A DNA stretch of 49,385 bases from Nemertoderma westbladi (lineage: Eukaryota > Animalia > Xenacoelomorpha), in NCBI GenBank assembly GCA_032718475.1, contig JAUCBJ010005959.1, positions 1 through 49,385 of the forward strand, written 5' to 3'. The translations under genes were made by a program, and so were the position numbers. Every line of letters starts with the position of its first letter. Positions within the stretch are counted from its first letter, which is position 1. Shown here piece after piece: positions 1 to 12,008 of this stretch. The notes under the pieces were generated by a model. The model was given only the letters and a program-made list of their open reading frames with translations, did no database searches and was not told the DNA's origin.

Positions 1-23
1 ATAAATAATTGAATAAAAATTTA

Positions 24-127
24 TACTGCAGTAACAAATTATTTGTTACTGCAGAAAAATACAATTTTTTATTACTGCAGTGATAATTAATTCTTACTTT
101 CAGTAACAAATATTTATTACTGCAGTA
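24..127. repeat. Short degenerate tandem array of a palindromic TACTGCAGTA-type motif
   Basis: tactgcag(ta) recurs at about 25, 48, 73 and 118, with a variant near 96. Probably the interior of a non-autonomous DNA element cut by the window edge. Confidence 0.45.
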
Positions 128-2689
128 TTTTTTGGAGGCATCTTTATTGTTTCATAGAGGTTTTTATTACTTATATTTTACCCTTAGTCAAAGTCAATAT
201 ACACCATTCCATAGCCAGCTTCTGGCAGGACTGTATGAAATGACTGACAGTACTACTTTGAAATCGTTGAGGACACTTTGTCATTTTCTTAGACCACTTT
301 TAGAACTTTGAGACACTTTTAGTTCTTTGAGAAAATCTCAAAGAACAGATGCACTTTGAGACCCCGACTGTATATATATAATTTCCTATATGGGTTTTCT
401 TGGCACGTGACTTCATTCCTGATATCAGTATTCAAATTTGGCGTCGTTGTTCCTGTCAGTCTGTCTGTCAAAATATAACTGACAGCCTACCAGCCAAATT
501 GGAAGTCATCAAATGTTGAAAATGACACTCGAAATGGATTCTTCGACCAGAAAAACGCCTAGAGCTAAACATTTAGCTCGATGGTGTGCCCCTTTCTTTT
601 ATTTGACAGACATACTGTCGGAGAGTCTGTCGGAGGGTCAGAAACACCGACAGACAGACAAACATACTAACTAGATTTCATTAAAAGTGAAAACTGACCT
701 CAGAATTGAAATCAGCGACCAGGAAAACCTCCATAGCAATAGTGGTTTCCTCCATAGTGGATTCGTGTTGCTATATATATATTGACAGACATTCTCACAT
801 ATTAACTTTGTTTTTGCGCGGGAAGGTTCTAACTTTAAATGCAATTATCTCGGAATGCATTTTTTACATTATTTTTTAAAATACTATTCCTCCGCATTTT
901 TTAACCAATTTGCAAGTTGTTGGTAACAAATGAAAGCTACTAGCCCCCCCCCCCCCCCCCCCCCCCGCGTGCGGTGCGCAATAATAAAATTCGAGCAGTT
1001 TTTTTAGTTTTGCAATTCATTTGTTATAACATTTTTTACGCAATAAATATAGCTTTATTTTTAATTTGAAATTTATTTTGATAAAAATAATTTGGGCGCG
1101 GTATTGTCCTTGAAAAAAACGAAACAAAAATCCTGCACGAATCTTTTCACGTAATCAACCATGCTGATTCTTCCAAAAAACATGTTACAACTTCTGAAAA
1201 TAAAGCATAACAAAGGAGTCGCATTGTCAAAGATATAAAGTCAAAAATATAAATGTTGGTTATGGCCGATATGTGTAAAAAAAATTTTTTTTTTCAAAAA
1301 TATTAAATCCAATATAGTCCACCCTAAATTTATCTTACACTTTTTTCTACTTATTCGCTTTTTGGTGCAAAATGCACCTCATTTCACAATGAGGTGCATT
1401 TCAAAATGTTGACTTCCAAGCCAGTACTCCCCCCCCCCCCCCCCCCACCCCCCCCCCCCCCCCCCCCCCCCCCTTAATTACTGAGAGAACGAGTCTAGTG
1501 ATGAAATAAATCAGACTGGGCTACGAAGAAATTTATGACTGACTACCCCATGGAGTAAAAAATGTTGTTAGTTCGTGGCTGTTAGCAATTAGCATAGTAG
1601 GGAATTAACCAGTACCCATCGAGATCTTTCTTGATAAATACCTGTCATTCCTATCGAACCCAGATACTTCTGCTGGGGTTTGTAGTGATGTTGATTGGTC
1701 AAATCAATTGTAAAGCGGATCTCTGATGATCCAGGTTTAGGTGCTATTACAACTGGGTGACGTCACCCACTCAGTTAGTTGTCATTATTGACAACATTGT
1801 ATTGTTATTGTCATCCCTGACAATATCGTTAATATCCTCGTATTACAATGTAATTCCTATTTCCCAAAGTGAGTTATTTAGGTCTAATTTAAATTATTTA
1901 TGATACTTATAAGTCACTGTGGTTCATTCTCCCTTAAATGTCACAGCATGTACCAGAAGCCATATCAATTACTAAAATATTTAGTCTAAATGGTGGCTGA
2001 AGGAAATCCTTTCAGCCAATACTGAGTGATAAAAACGAGATATACCCATAACTGTAAGCACGTATGTCAACAACTCAACACTGGGATATATATCTGGTTT
2101 ACTGCCGATTACAATGTTTGCTCTACCTCAAAGCGTAGGAACACTTCTACGAGGATTGCGCTGTCGAATTACACTCTGGAGCTAGGTCTTCGTTTCGCGT
2201 TGCATAGCAGAGGGCCGGCATATCGCTATACAGAGGGATCTCGAGTGGCTAGAAAGTTGGGATGGTCGACAATGCGCTACTCCGGCTGTTCTCTATATCG
2301 ACCTCTAATTACTCAATAAAGTAATAACAATAATGGTATGAAACCTGTTACTAGTCCAGCAGCCTACTGCTGTACAGCTTAGTGCCAGGCAGCCAGGCAC
2401 CAGCACATTCTGACATTGGTAGGATAATTTAATCCTGACTCAAATTGTTGTGTCAAAAAGTTGTGTCAGACAAACAAAAGCCTGACACAACTGACAACAG
2501 CCAGAAAGTTACCCTGCAGCCAGCCTTCTACAATGGAAACCTACCGGGCCGGACGCTGCGCTGAGTGACTACAGGACTAGGGATAACACGATGCCGTCCA
2601 TACCGCATACACCGGTGAAACTAAGAAGTTGAATACCAAAGCTGCAGGCGGCTAGTCTACCTGCTGCTGCCTGCGCCGGATCAACCCCG

Positions 2690-4177
2690 ACTCTGATCTC
2701 CTCCGCCGGGAACACGACTGTGACGAGTTCCTCGGCCGGTTCAACCCGGACCTCATCCGCCACGACGGTGACGAGTTCCTCGGCTGGTTCAACCTGGACC
2801 TCCTCTGCCGGGACCACGACGGCGACGAGTTCCTCGGCCGGTTCAACCCAGATCTCCTCTGCCATTGATGGCGACGAGTTCCTTGGCCAGTAGAACCACA
2901 ACCTCCAATGCCGGGATCACGATGGCGACGATTTCCTTGGCCGGTTCAACCCCGACCTCCTCTGTCGGGACCACAACGGCGACGAGTTCCTTGGCCGATT
3001 CAACCCGGACTCCCTCCGCCACAACGGCGACGAGTTCCTTGGCCGGTCCAACCACAACCTCCAACGCCGGGACCACGACGGCGACGATTTCCTCGGCCAG
3101 TTCAACCCCGACCTCCTCCGCCGGGACCACGACGGCGATGAGTACCTCGGCCGGTCCAACCTGGACCTCCTCCGCCGGGACCACGATGCGACGAATTCCT
3201 CGGTCGGTTCATCCCCGACCTCCCCCGCCGGGACCACGACGGCGATGAGTTCCTCTGCTGGTTCAACCCGGACCTACTCTGCCGGGACCACGACGACAGC
3301 GAGTTTCTCGGCCGCTTCAACCCGGACCTCCTCCGCCGGGACCACAACGGCGACTGGTTTCTTGGCCGGTTCAACCCCGACCTCCACCCCCGGGACCACG
3401 ACTGCGACGAGTACCTCGGCCGGTCCAACCTGGACCTCCTCCGCCGGGACCACGACGGCGACGAATTCCTCGGTCGGTTCATCCCCGACCTCCCCCGCCG
3501 GGACCACGACGGCGACGAGTTCCTCGGCCGGCTCAACCCCGACCTCCTCCGCCGGGACCACGACGGTGACGAGTTCCTCGGCCGGTTCAACCCCGACCTT
3601 CCCCGCCGGGACCACGACGACGACGAATTCCTCGGCCGGTTCAACCCGGACCTCCTCCGCCGGGACCACGATGGCAACAATTTCCTCGGCCAGTTCAACC
3701 TGGACCTCCTCCGCCGGGACCACAACAGCGACGAGTTCCTTGGCCGGTACAACCCCGACCTCCACCGCCGGGACCACGATCGTGACGAGTTTCTCGGCCG
3801 GTTCAAGCCCGACCTCCTCCCCGGGACCATGACGGCGACGAGTTCTTCGGCTGGTTCAACCCGGTCCTCCTCTGCCGGGACCACGACGGCGACGAGTTCC
3901 TCGGCCAGTTCAACCCAGACCTCCTCCGCCGGGACCATGACGACGACGAATTCCTCGGCCGGTTCAACCCGGACCTCCTCCACCGGGACCACGATGGCGA
4001 CGAGTTTCTCGGCTGGTTCAAGCCCGACCACCTCAACGGGACCATGATGGCGACGAGTTCTTCGGCCAGTTCAACATGGACCTCCTCTGCCGGGACCACG
4101 ACGGTGACGAGTTCCTCGGCCAGTTCAACCCAGACCTCCTCCGCCGGGACCACGACAGCGACGAGTTCCTCGGCCTG
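2690..4177 (+). repeat. GC-rich 54-bp minisatellite (two 27-bp subunits), about 27 units, encoding AGTTTATSSSAGSTPTSS
   Basis: Unit gccgggaccacgacggcgacgagttcctcggccggttcaaccccgacctcctcc; consecutive starts at 3497 and 3551. ORFs 2865-3248, 3245-3832 and 3829-4047 are one Ser/Thr-rich frame broken by small indels. Confidence 0.95.
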
Positions 4178-5148
4178 ACTGCACCCGAGCCGGTTAGGCC
4201 CGGGTATCCATACAGCCAGTGACCCGGCTCGGGTGCATTCAACTACAACAGGCGACGAACAAAGGCCCATAAGGTTTCACAGGAGTGCGAACCTTGGCAA
4301 TCCTGCCGGAGCAGATGTGGTTGATTTCAAGCGGCTCGGAGTACCTTTGAATCAACATATAGTAATGCCAACCCCGGCTCAGATAGGTTTGGGAATCCGT
4401 ACAGCCAGTGACCTGGGCCGGGGAGGTGGGGAGAGCAATTATGCCTGCAGTCATAATACTACTGCAACTATGATGTTGGGGTTGGTTGAAAATCCAGTAG
4501 GCCTACCAGTATATTCTATGTCAATTAGTAAAACTAATGAATCTGTAAATACTGTCACGCCCCCACAACCACCAATTATACTCTCCACCTCCATATACCA
4601 AACTGAATCATCATCACTAATTAATGACGCCCCCCCCCCCCCCCCCCCCCCCCCAACTATGCCTTGTGTTAAGACACACAGTGTCACTTTATGTCAAAAC
4701 AATTTAGAGTCAATAAATCACAACCATACGGACACACACACCACAGAGGAGAGTACCTGTACCACACTCAAAATTATCAACCCACTCAGACTGAAGAACT
4801 CACTCACAGAGGTGGACCACTTACGAGGAGCAAAGGATACCCTCCACCTCCAACTGTCTTGCAATATACCGGTACCATAAAGCATAGGAAAAAGTTGTCA
4901 AAACTTAAAAAGAAAAAAGTCACAACTTTCAGAAATAAAGTGGACAAAACAAACTCTATCCCTGGCATCAGAACCAACAACACATTTTCCAGAACCAGTG
5001 TCAACACGCCTGGTGTATTGTCCCCCACCCCCACAGGTGCCAAAAGTACAGATGAAACCCTTTCAATAACTGCCGGAAACACAGTCAATGAAACTCCCTC
5101 CTATATGCCATTCAAGAAGACGAAACTTTTTCAACAACTGTTTGAAAA

Positions 5149-6097
5149 ATGACGATCGAAACTTCCTCCATACCTGCCCCTCCAGCGAATCAAACTCACT
5201 CCATGGGCGTCGGAACAACAGTCAATGAATCTCCCTCCGCACATACCACTCACATGGACGAAACTCCCACCACACCTGCTGGAAATAATATGGTGAATGA
5301 AACTTCCCCTACAAAATATATAAACGAAATAATAGTGGAGGACCTGGGAGAGAATGGTGAATGGATTAAGAGAACAACACCAAACAAAATTGTAAACATT
5401 ATACATGGTAAACATGCAACTGAAGAAGAAAATGTACATGTCTACCCAGACATTGAGAATGGTTTTAATGAATATGCAGTAATACTAGCAGCTACAAGAG
5501 AACCAAGAAAAAGAGGCCTCACTCTACTGAAACCAGGAGATGGTGATTGGGGTTATCTAAAACCGAAGAGGAGATTCTCAACGACTATTGTCGACGCGTT
5601 TCTCTCAATTATAATCTATATCCAGCAATACTTATGCAGTATTGACACCAGTCTGTGCACAAAACTACACCAAGACACATTCGACATTTCGAGTGCAGAA
5701 ACCTACTTTACCGCAGTCTGTGATATATCTGCTACCCCATTAATACTTATGCAGCTACACTCGTACCATGCCGGCTGTAGCCCTGATACATGAGATATGT
5801 AAACTTCTCAATCTAATAGATAAAGTAAAAGGCTGCCATAGGGATAGCTGGGTTGCAATGAGTCAGAAATCAACGTATCCCCTTCAGCCAACAACAAATA
5901 ACTACGACTGTGGAGCTTTCCTCTGTCTGTATGCTTATCTACTCAGTGAAGGAGAACCTCTCCTCCCTTTAGATAGCAGAAGTGACAAACTCCGGATGTG
6001 GATAGTGAAATCTCTTAAAGATTTCAAGGTCAATGAAGCACCCACAATAAATGTAAATGAATCACGATGTAACTCAAACCTAAATAGTAATAAATAA
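5149..6097 (+). pseudogene. Ulp1/SENP (peptidase C48)-like cysteine protease remnant upstream of LINE ORF1
   Basis: YLKPKRRFSTTIVDAFL resembles the Ulp1 N-terminal L-x-P-x-x-WL-x-D-x-II motif. PLQPTTNNYDCGAFLCLYA matches PQQ-x-N-x-x-DCG-x-F. The His/Asp segment appears missing at the frame break near 5750-5770. Confidence 0.65.
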
Positions 6098-6128
6098 AGG
6101 CCTAAATAGTACTCAGACTGGAGATGAT

Positions 6129-6980
6129 GTGAGTCATGTAAAACACATTCGAAACACCAGACCAAACAGCGTTACAAAGCAACCAAAGATAGCAGTTCCG
6201 CCAGATAATCCAGCAATATATGAACTAATACAAGGGACCAGGAAGGAGGTAATATCGGTCATCCTATCACTGTCTGATGAAGATAGAGATTTGATACGAA
6301 CGGCGCTATATGAAAGAATTAAACCGATGATGTCGCCAACACAAGCAATGACTCTCAAGATGAGGCAGAGAGGTTCTATGAATGAGATGGCTATTGACTT
6401 ATATGAAATCATGCGAGCACTGATGGAGAACTGCTTCACAGAGCAATGTAGAAAGAGGCTCAAATATGAACAACCTGCCATTAATGGCGATACGGTGTCA
6501 CAGCTGCGATCAGAATTTCTGACATCAATCAGCTGTCTTCAAACAAGAATTTGCAAACTTGAAACTGATTACAACCATATACAACAGGCCAATGACATAC
6601 TTCATAGCGAGCTCACAAATGAGATCAAAGATTCTCAAAAATATGGGGCAATACTTATCAAGGGGATCCATTGGAAGCACAACGAGGATGACATTATCAA
6701 TCATCTAGAAGAAAATGGAATACCAGTGTATAGAATAACCACTCGGCTATACAGAGATGCTAAAAATATGAAAGTCATAGTACGAAATCACTATGTTGAG
6801 AAACTAATGACCAGTAAACTCTTTGGGAAAGGTATAAAACTAGAACATTGGGGATATTACAGCTCCCCAGTATATACAACCCAGCGGAGACAAGTGAATG
6901 GAAGTATAAAAACCACCCGTACCTCAGGCTACCAAATCGATGACATCAAAACAAGTAGGGGTGTATATCAATGCTCCTAA
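6129..6980 (+). CDS. LINE ORF1-like protein (coiled coil plus RRM-like domain)
   Basis: Heptad-like LQTRICKLETDYNHIQQANDIL is followed by RNP2-like ILIKGIHWKHNEDDIINHLEENGIPV and KGIKLEHW. The ORF overlaps the ORF2 start by 41 nt. Confidence 0.7.
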   Translation: MSHVKHIRNTRPNSVTKQPKIAVPPDNPAIYELIQGTRKEVISVILSLSDEDRDLIRTALYERIKPMMSPTQAMTLKMRQRGSMNEMAIDLYEIMRALMENCFTEQCRKRLKYEQPAINGDTVSQLRSEFLTSISCLQTRICKLETDYNHIQQANDILHSELTNEIKDSQKYGAILIKGIHWKHNEDDIINHLEENGIPVYRITTRLYRDAKNMKVIVRNHYVEKLMTSKLFGKGIKLEHWGYYSSPVYTTQRRQVNGSIKTTRTSGYQIDDIKTSRGVYQCS

Positions 6981-9900
6981 CAATAGTAAAATACAAATCA
7001 TGGAGCCCAAAGATGACAATAAAACTGAAATGGGCGGTAGCATTATTGGAATCAAAAAATCTAATAATACAATACGTATTGGAACCTTGAACTGTCATGG
7101 CATAATAGGAAATATAGGATACTTTAAAGAACTTCTATCAGAGTTGGATGTATTAGCAATACAGGAACATTGGTTGGATGAGCAAGAATACCATCAGAGC
7201 ATATCAAAGGATATTGATAATAATTTTGATAGTGTCTATATGGTTAGTGAGAAGATGACAAATATAAACAGATGGAGGGGAATGGGTGGGATATCGTTGA
7301 TTTACAGGAATGGTATTTTTGGAAGCATCAATGCAATAAAGTCCGGAGATGATATTGTGGGAATAAATGCGAAGCTACATAATTGTACACAGGAATTATT
7401 GTTTATCTTATGTTATGCTCCAGACTCCAGCAAGCACCCCAGTGAATACATAAATTTTTTGTCAAGGCTCAAGAACGTAATACAAGAAAATGGATCTTCA
7501 ATACCATTTATCCTAGGAGACATGAACGCCGACGTTGGGGCCACCCAAGGACCACGTTTTCAGAGGAGTAAGCCGTCTTCTCAAGGATATCTTCTTCTTA
7601 ATCTTCTTAATGACATGGGTATGATCACAGTGGATACAACACCTAAATTTACAGGGCCAGTAGTAACTTTTTACGGATGTGGGAAGACATACATAGACCA
7701 TATAATATCAACGAAGATGGGAGAAAAATTTATTACTCGGGGTAAGGTTCACATACAGAAAGAAGAATCAAACTTATCGGATCACGCTCCCATCACAGCC
7801 ATAATACATATGCCAAAATCTAATAACCAAAGAAACCATAACTGCCCAGTACAGAAACAGAAAGCCACCGCATGGCGACGAGTGAATGCGGCTCAGGCTA
7901 AAATGTATAGGGAGCAAGTCAGTAGTGAGTTGGAGCAACTAAAACTTAGATACGGCCCCGTTAGCTCATGGTCAGAAATGAATATGAATAGTTATATGGA
8001 AAGAATCATAATTGCCATAACGTCTGCAGCATTGAAGTATCTACCCCAGGTGAACCATAGAAAACATACCAAGAATGTTAGAATTCATAATATTTTATTA
8101 GCCGAGCGATCAAAGGTCACTAAGAAGCTGTTAAATATATGGGCTAGAAGAGGGAATGAGACAAATTACCTATATGGTATGGCTTTCAAGGAAGCAAGGA
8201 CGAATATTCGCCGACTAAGAAATATGATCTTGAAAAATAATGTTAGAGAATTAACAATGGGCATAGACCCTCATATATCCACTTCAAAACAATTCTGGGA
8301 TAATTTTACAAAGAAAGATAGGAAAAGACGTCAAGGAGGTGGAACCACGTCAAGCATGTTACAGACGAACATTAGGGAACATTTACAAGTTAAATTCAAC
8401 AAAAGTTCAAAGGATAGTGTAGATAATGATATGGAGGAATTACGTAGGGAATTACACAAAAAGTGTAAAAGAACAATGCCATCCTTCAGCGTAGTCGAAA
8501 TAAGTAGAGTAATAAAGAGGTTAGCGCGTGGTAAAGCATTGGATTTTGCGTTCCTAACATCAGAACACATACAATGCTTAGATATAGATAAAATTAGTAA
8601 TCACCTAGAAATAGTGTTTGCGGTAGCCACGAGACTAGGCCAAGTACTGTCATTATTTGGAAAAACAATAATTAGTAGGATATTCAAGGGTGGAGGCAGA
8701 GATGCGCAATTACCCCAATCCTATCGTCCTATTTCAAGCATTAGTGTGTTCGGAAAGATATTCGAAGGAGTATTAGCATATAGGATAACCACCTACTCCA
8801 AACTTAAGGTTCACAGGTTACAGACGGCTTATAGGATAAGAAATGGTGCAGACCTAGTATTATCGTTAATCCTAGAATGTATAGAATATTATCGAAAACG
8901 TAAAGTCCCAGTATATTTATGCCAAATGGACATAGCTTCGGCATTTGATAGCGTCAATCATGTGAAACTATTTAGAAACCTATCAAAGTTCGTAGACCTA
9001 TATATAACTCTTCTGCTAATTAGCTATTATGAAGTAACAGCTGTAAATTTGATAATCTCGTGGACATTAATGGGTTCAGAGTATCAAACGGAGTAAAACA
9101 AGGATCAATTTTGTCACCATTGCTTTTTAATTTTTATACTTCTGAGATAATGGATGATATGGAGAACGCTCAGCTGGGATGCCATATAGCCTCTGAATGG
9201 ATAGGAGCAGTTTGTTACGCCGATGATTATCTGCTTATATCAACAAACAGACATGACATAACTCGACTCGCCACCGTATTAATGAAAAGTGCATCGAAAA
9301 TTAACCTAGATATTGAGTGTTCAAAAACCAAATGGATATGTATATCAAAACAGCAAGAAGAGTCATCAAAACAATTTGTAATTATTGGGAAACAAATAAA
9401 ATCCAGTGACCGAATTAAATTCCTTGGTGTAAAGTTATTCTCAAATGCAAACAAAATAAAGGGTGAAATAGATAGTATTTTGTATGGTATCTCGAACGAG
9501 TTTCTACGGAATAGTTGGACCCCTGAATGGTTTAGCTTGAACACAATTGCAAAACTATGGACTTCATACGCTCTCCCAAAGATTTTATATAGCACACGAT
9601 TCTATCTGGGTGGACTGTCGAAACAAGATATTGCAGGAATAGATGTAACCTATAGAAAGATTTTGCGAAAGTTACTCCATTTGGGATGTTATGCAAATAA
9701 CCAGGTTATATACGAACTCCTAAATACGTTGCCGCTCAGAGTGATGATATATCGTGAAATTTTATCCGTGATAATTAGAATTCCATCATGTCCAAATAAT
9801 AGTATCCAAAAGCTCCTACTGATACTATTATTGGAAAACAAAAATCAGAAGTATCAGGGGCTGGGAAGTGCGTTCAACTCCGCCGCCATAAACTATCCAA

Positions 9901-10088
9901 TACCATCTCTCATAAACTTGCTGAATGGACTTTATAGTAAAAAATTTATCAAATCGGAGATTGAAACTGGGTGTCTAACAATACAAGAGTTAATAACTGT
10001 GTCATTTATTAAATCTACATACGGATTACAGAGTTTGAGCTTTAAACAGAAACCCACACGAGTCTTGGAATACTTCAACGTTAACTAA
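6940..10088 (+). pseudogene. LINE ORF2: AP endonuclease plus reverse transcriptase, one frameshift near 9050-9090
   Basis: APE motifs: GTLNCHG, LAIQEHW, LGDMNA, YIDHI, SDHAPI. RT motifs: YRPIS, DIASAFDSV, GVKQGSILSP, GCHI...CYADD, KFLGV. Confidence 0.95.
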
Positions 10089-11179
10089 CAAACTATGGAA
10101 CTAGGGAACTATGGAACTAACGTAAATCTTGTAACTGTATACTTTGGGTTGGTTTTAAAACATATAATATAAATTGTGCATATTATGCCTGATGTTGGAA
10201 CTTCTTGAAACGTTTATTAATTTGTGTTTGTAAATATTGTAAATTATGTATCATGGGTGTATATATCTCTAGAAATCTGGAAATTTAGCCCGACCTTTTA
10301 TTGAATATAGCCACCGGGGCGTGAAGCCGGACGAATAATAAAGTCTGTACAATCTCGCATTTCTGTTGGTGCGCCGAAACAAATTGACACAACAAACCCA
10401 ACTGATTTTATTACTACAACATTGACAATTAATTATCTTAGTCTTTTGCAGAAGCGAGCTCGAGTGCAGGAGTTTTATAGACTCTAGTTGTTGATGTTAT
10501 TTTATATATATGTTTTAGTTACATTGTCTGTGTAATAATTGCATATATTTGTAGTGTGTCGCATTTTAATATTTTTTATTCCTCTATTGCAAATATATTA
10601 CCAGCTTGACTGATTTCTATCGGAATGAATGAATGAATGTAAGCCCTTACTCTACCCAGTAACACTGTTTTAATACAAATTACCGTGTTCCATTCGTATT
10701 TGTGTTTACAAGCAAAAAATATTCAGAAACCTCCATTTCAAAGATGCTATTTTAAGTGAATCTAAATGACCTACAATGAGCTTCCTTTGGTTTCATGCTA
10801 TTCCATAGTGGCCTATTACATTATTGTTTATACATGGTGCTCTTCGGGGCAGTTGTGCAGGCCCAATCTATATTCTCCACAATAAGAACAAACTGCCTTT
10901 TCAGAAGAAAAATTCCCCAGTGGACAGATGCCATTTGGTGAGATTGGTATGCTGTAGGTTTATTGTTTATTTGCTTATTTATACACCACAGCTACTATAA
11001 TTTGACAAACCTGTCTCCTGACCAATCTTGTGAGCCTCCTTTTGAGATCTTTCAAGATTTGTTAGGAATGTTCGACGTTCATGCCATAGCATAATTTCAG
11101 CCATTAGGGTAGCTCGATCACCATTTGATGATCAGCTCGATGTATTATTATATAATTGTAATTTTTATTTATATTTTAG

Positions 11180-11324
11180 GCAACGTTTTTATGACCTGCA
11201 ATTCCCCTGTTGGTGAAGAAAATGTGGATTTCAGTTCCAGATGTAAATCACCAGACATTGGAGTTCTAAAAAACCATGTCAGCTCAATCATTGTGACCGG
11301 ATCGTTCCCGTTTCAAGTATTTCA
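11180..11324 (+). other. Possible host exon with a beta/gamma-crystallin-like motif
   Basis: Higher-complexity island bounded by ttttag| and |gtacgt. It encodes PDIGVLKNHVSSIIVTGSFPFQVF, similar to the Greek-key N-x-x-SS-I-x-V motif. Confidence 0.3.
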
Positions 11325-11432
11325 GTACGTAATTATATCGTATATATATATTTACAATATAATATAATATATATATAATATAATTGTAAGGAAACCAAGA
11401 TCAACCACGTTAAATAAAAATTATAAGAAATT

Positions 11433-11473
11433 ACACAAGCTTTCGAAATAATATAATATTACTTTTTCAAGTG
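11433..11473 (-). ncRNA. Minimal hammerhead ribozyme-like motif of a Penelope pseudo-LTR
   Basis: Minus strand reads CAC UUGAAAA AGUAAUAUUAUAUUAUUU CGAAAGCUU GUG: 3-bp stem I, variant core, AU-rich stem II, GAAA, palindromic AAGCUU stem III. Confidence 0.6.
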
Positions 11474-11567
11474 ATTTAAATAATTAAATAAATAAATAGC
11501 TAATTCATTACAGTTTCCATGAAATTAATTAAGCGTCTACAGTACATTAGTCTACATAATGAGTTCT

Positions 11568-12008
11568 CTAATCTGGATTAAATACGTCTAAGCCGAAATT
11601 ATTGCAAACCGCTTCATTTATAGTGTTGAGACCAAATGGCTTGATTGTTCTTAAGGTGCACTGCCAGTATCCTTCCCTTGTACGGATCTCCCGTCGCTGA
11701 TCTTTCTTTCCCCTGCCTTTGTAATGGACCTTTTCAATGGGTGTTATTTCGAAATGCGAAAAATCATGGTTTTCATTTTTACAAAAATGTTTCTCTATAG
11801 TCGTTTGTGGCTTATGATTCTTTATATTACACTTATATTGTGATACCCTTGGTTTAAAAGTTTCTGTTGATCCGATTCCTTGTAAGTTACATATTTTACA
11901 TTTTGCTAAATATATTATATCTTTGTCATCACAGGTAAGGCGCTGTTTAATTTCATATTTAGTTTTCAAACGGTTCGAGGTTAATTTCAACCGATTCGGT
12001 TCGATCAA
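11568..12008 (-). CDS. GIY-YIG endonuclease domain of a Penelope-like element (5'-truncated)
   Basis: LTCDDKDIIYLAKCKICNLQGIGST...R...HF...H...REGYWQCTLRTIKPFGLN. Confidence 0.9.
   Translation of the reverse strand: MIEPNRLKLTSNRLKTKYEIKQRLTCDDKDIIYLAKCKICNLQGIGSTETFKPRVSQYKCNIKNHKPQTTIEKHFCKNENHDFSHFEITPIEKVHYKGRGKKDQRREIRTREGYWQCTLRTIKPFGLNTINEAVCNNFGLDVFNPD

Larger units (their letters stand above)
2690..10345 (+). mobile_element. Non-LTR retrotransposon, RTEX-like (APE-RT), with a long degenerate 5' coding region
   Basis: ORF1-like (6129-6980) overlaps an APE-RT ORF2 (6940-10088). The 3' UTR ends near aataataaag at about 10334-10343. The 5' boundary is uncertain and no TSD was identified. 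Confidence 0.75.

Noticed and set aside
2569-4270. Arg-rich and Val/Glu-rich ORFs as separate genes
   Set aside because: They are alternative frames of the stop-poor 54-bp repeat.
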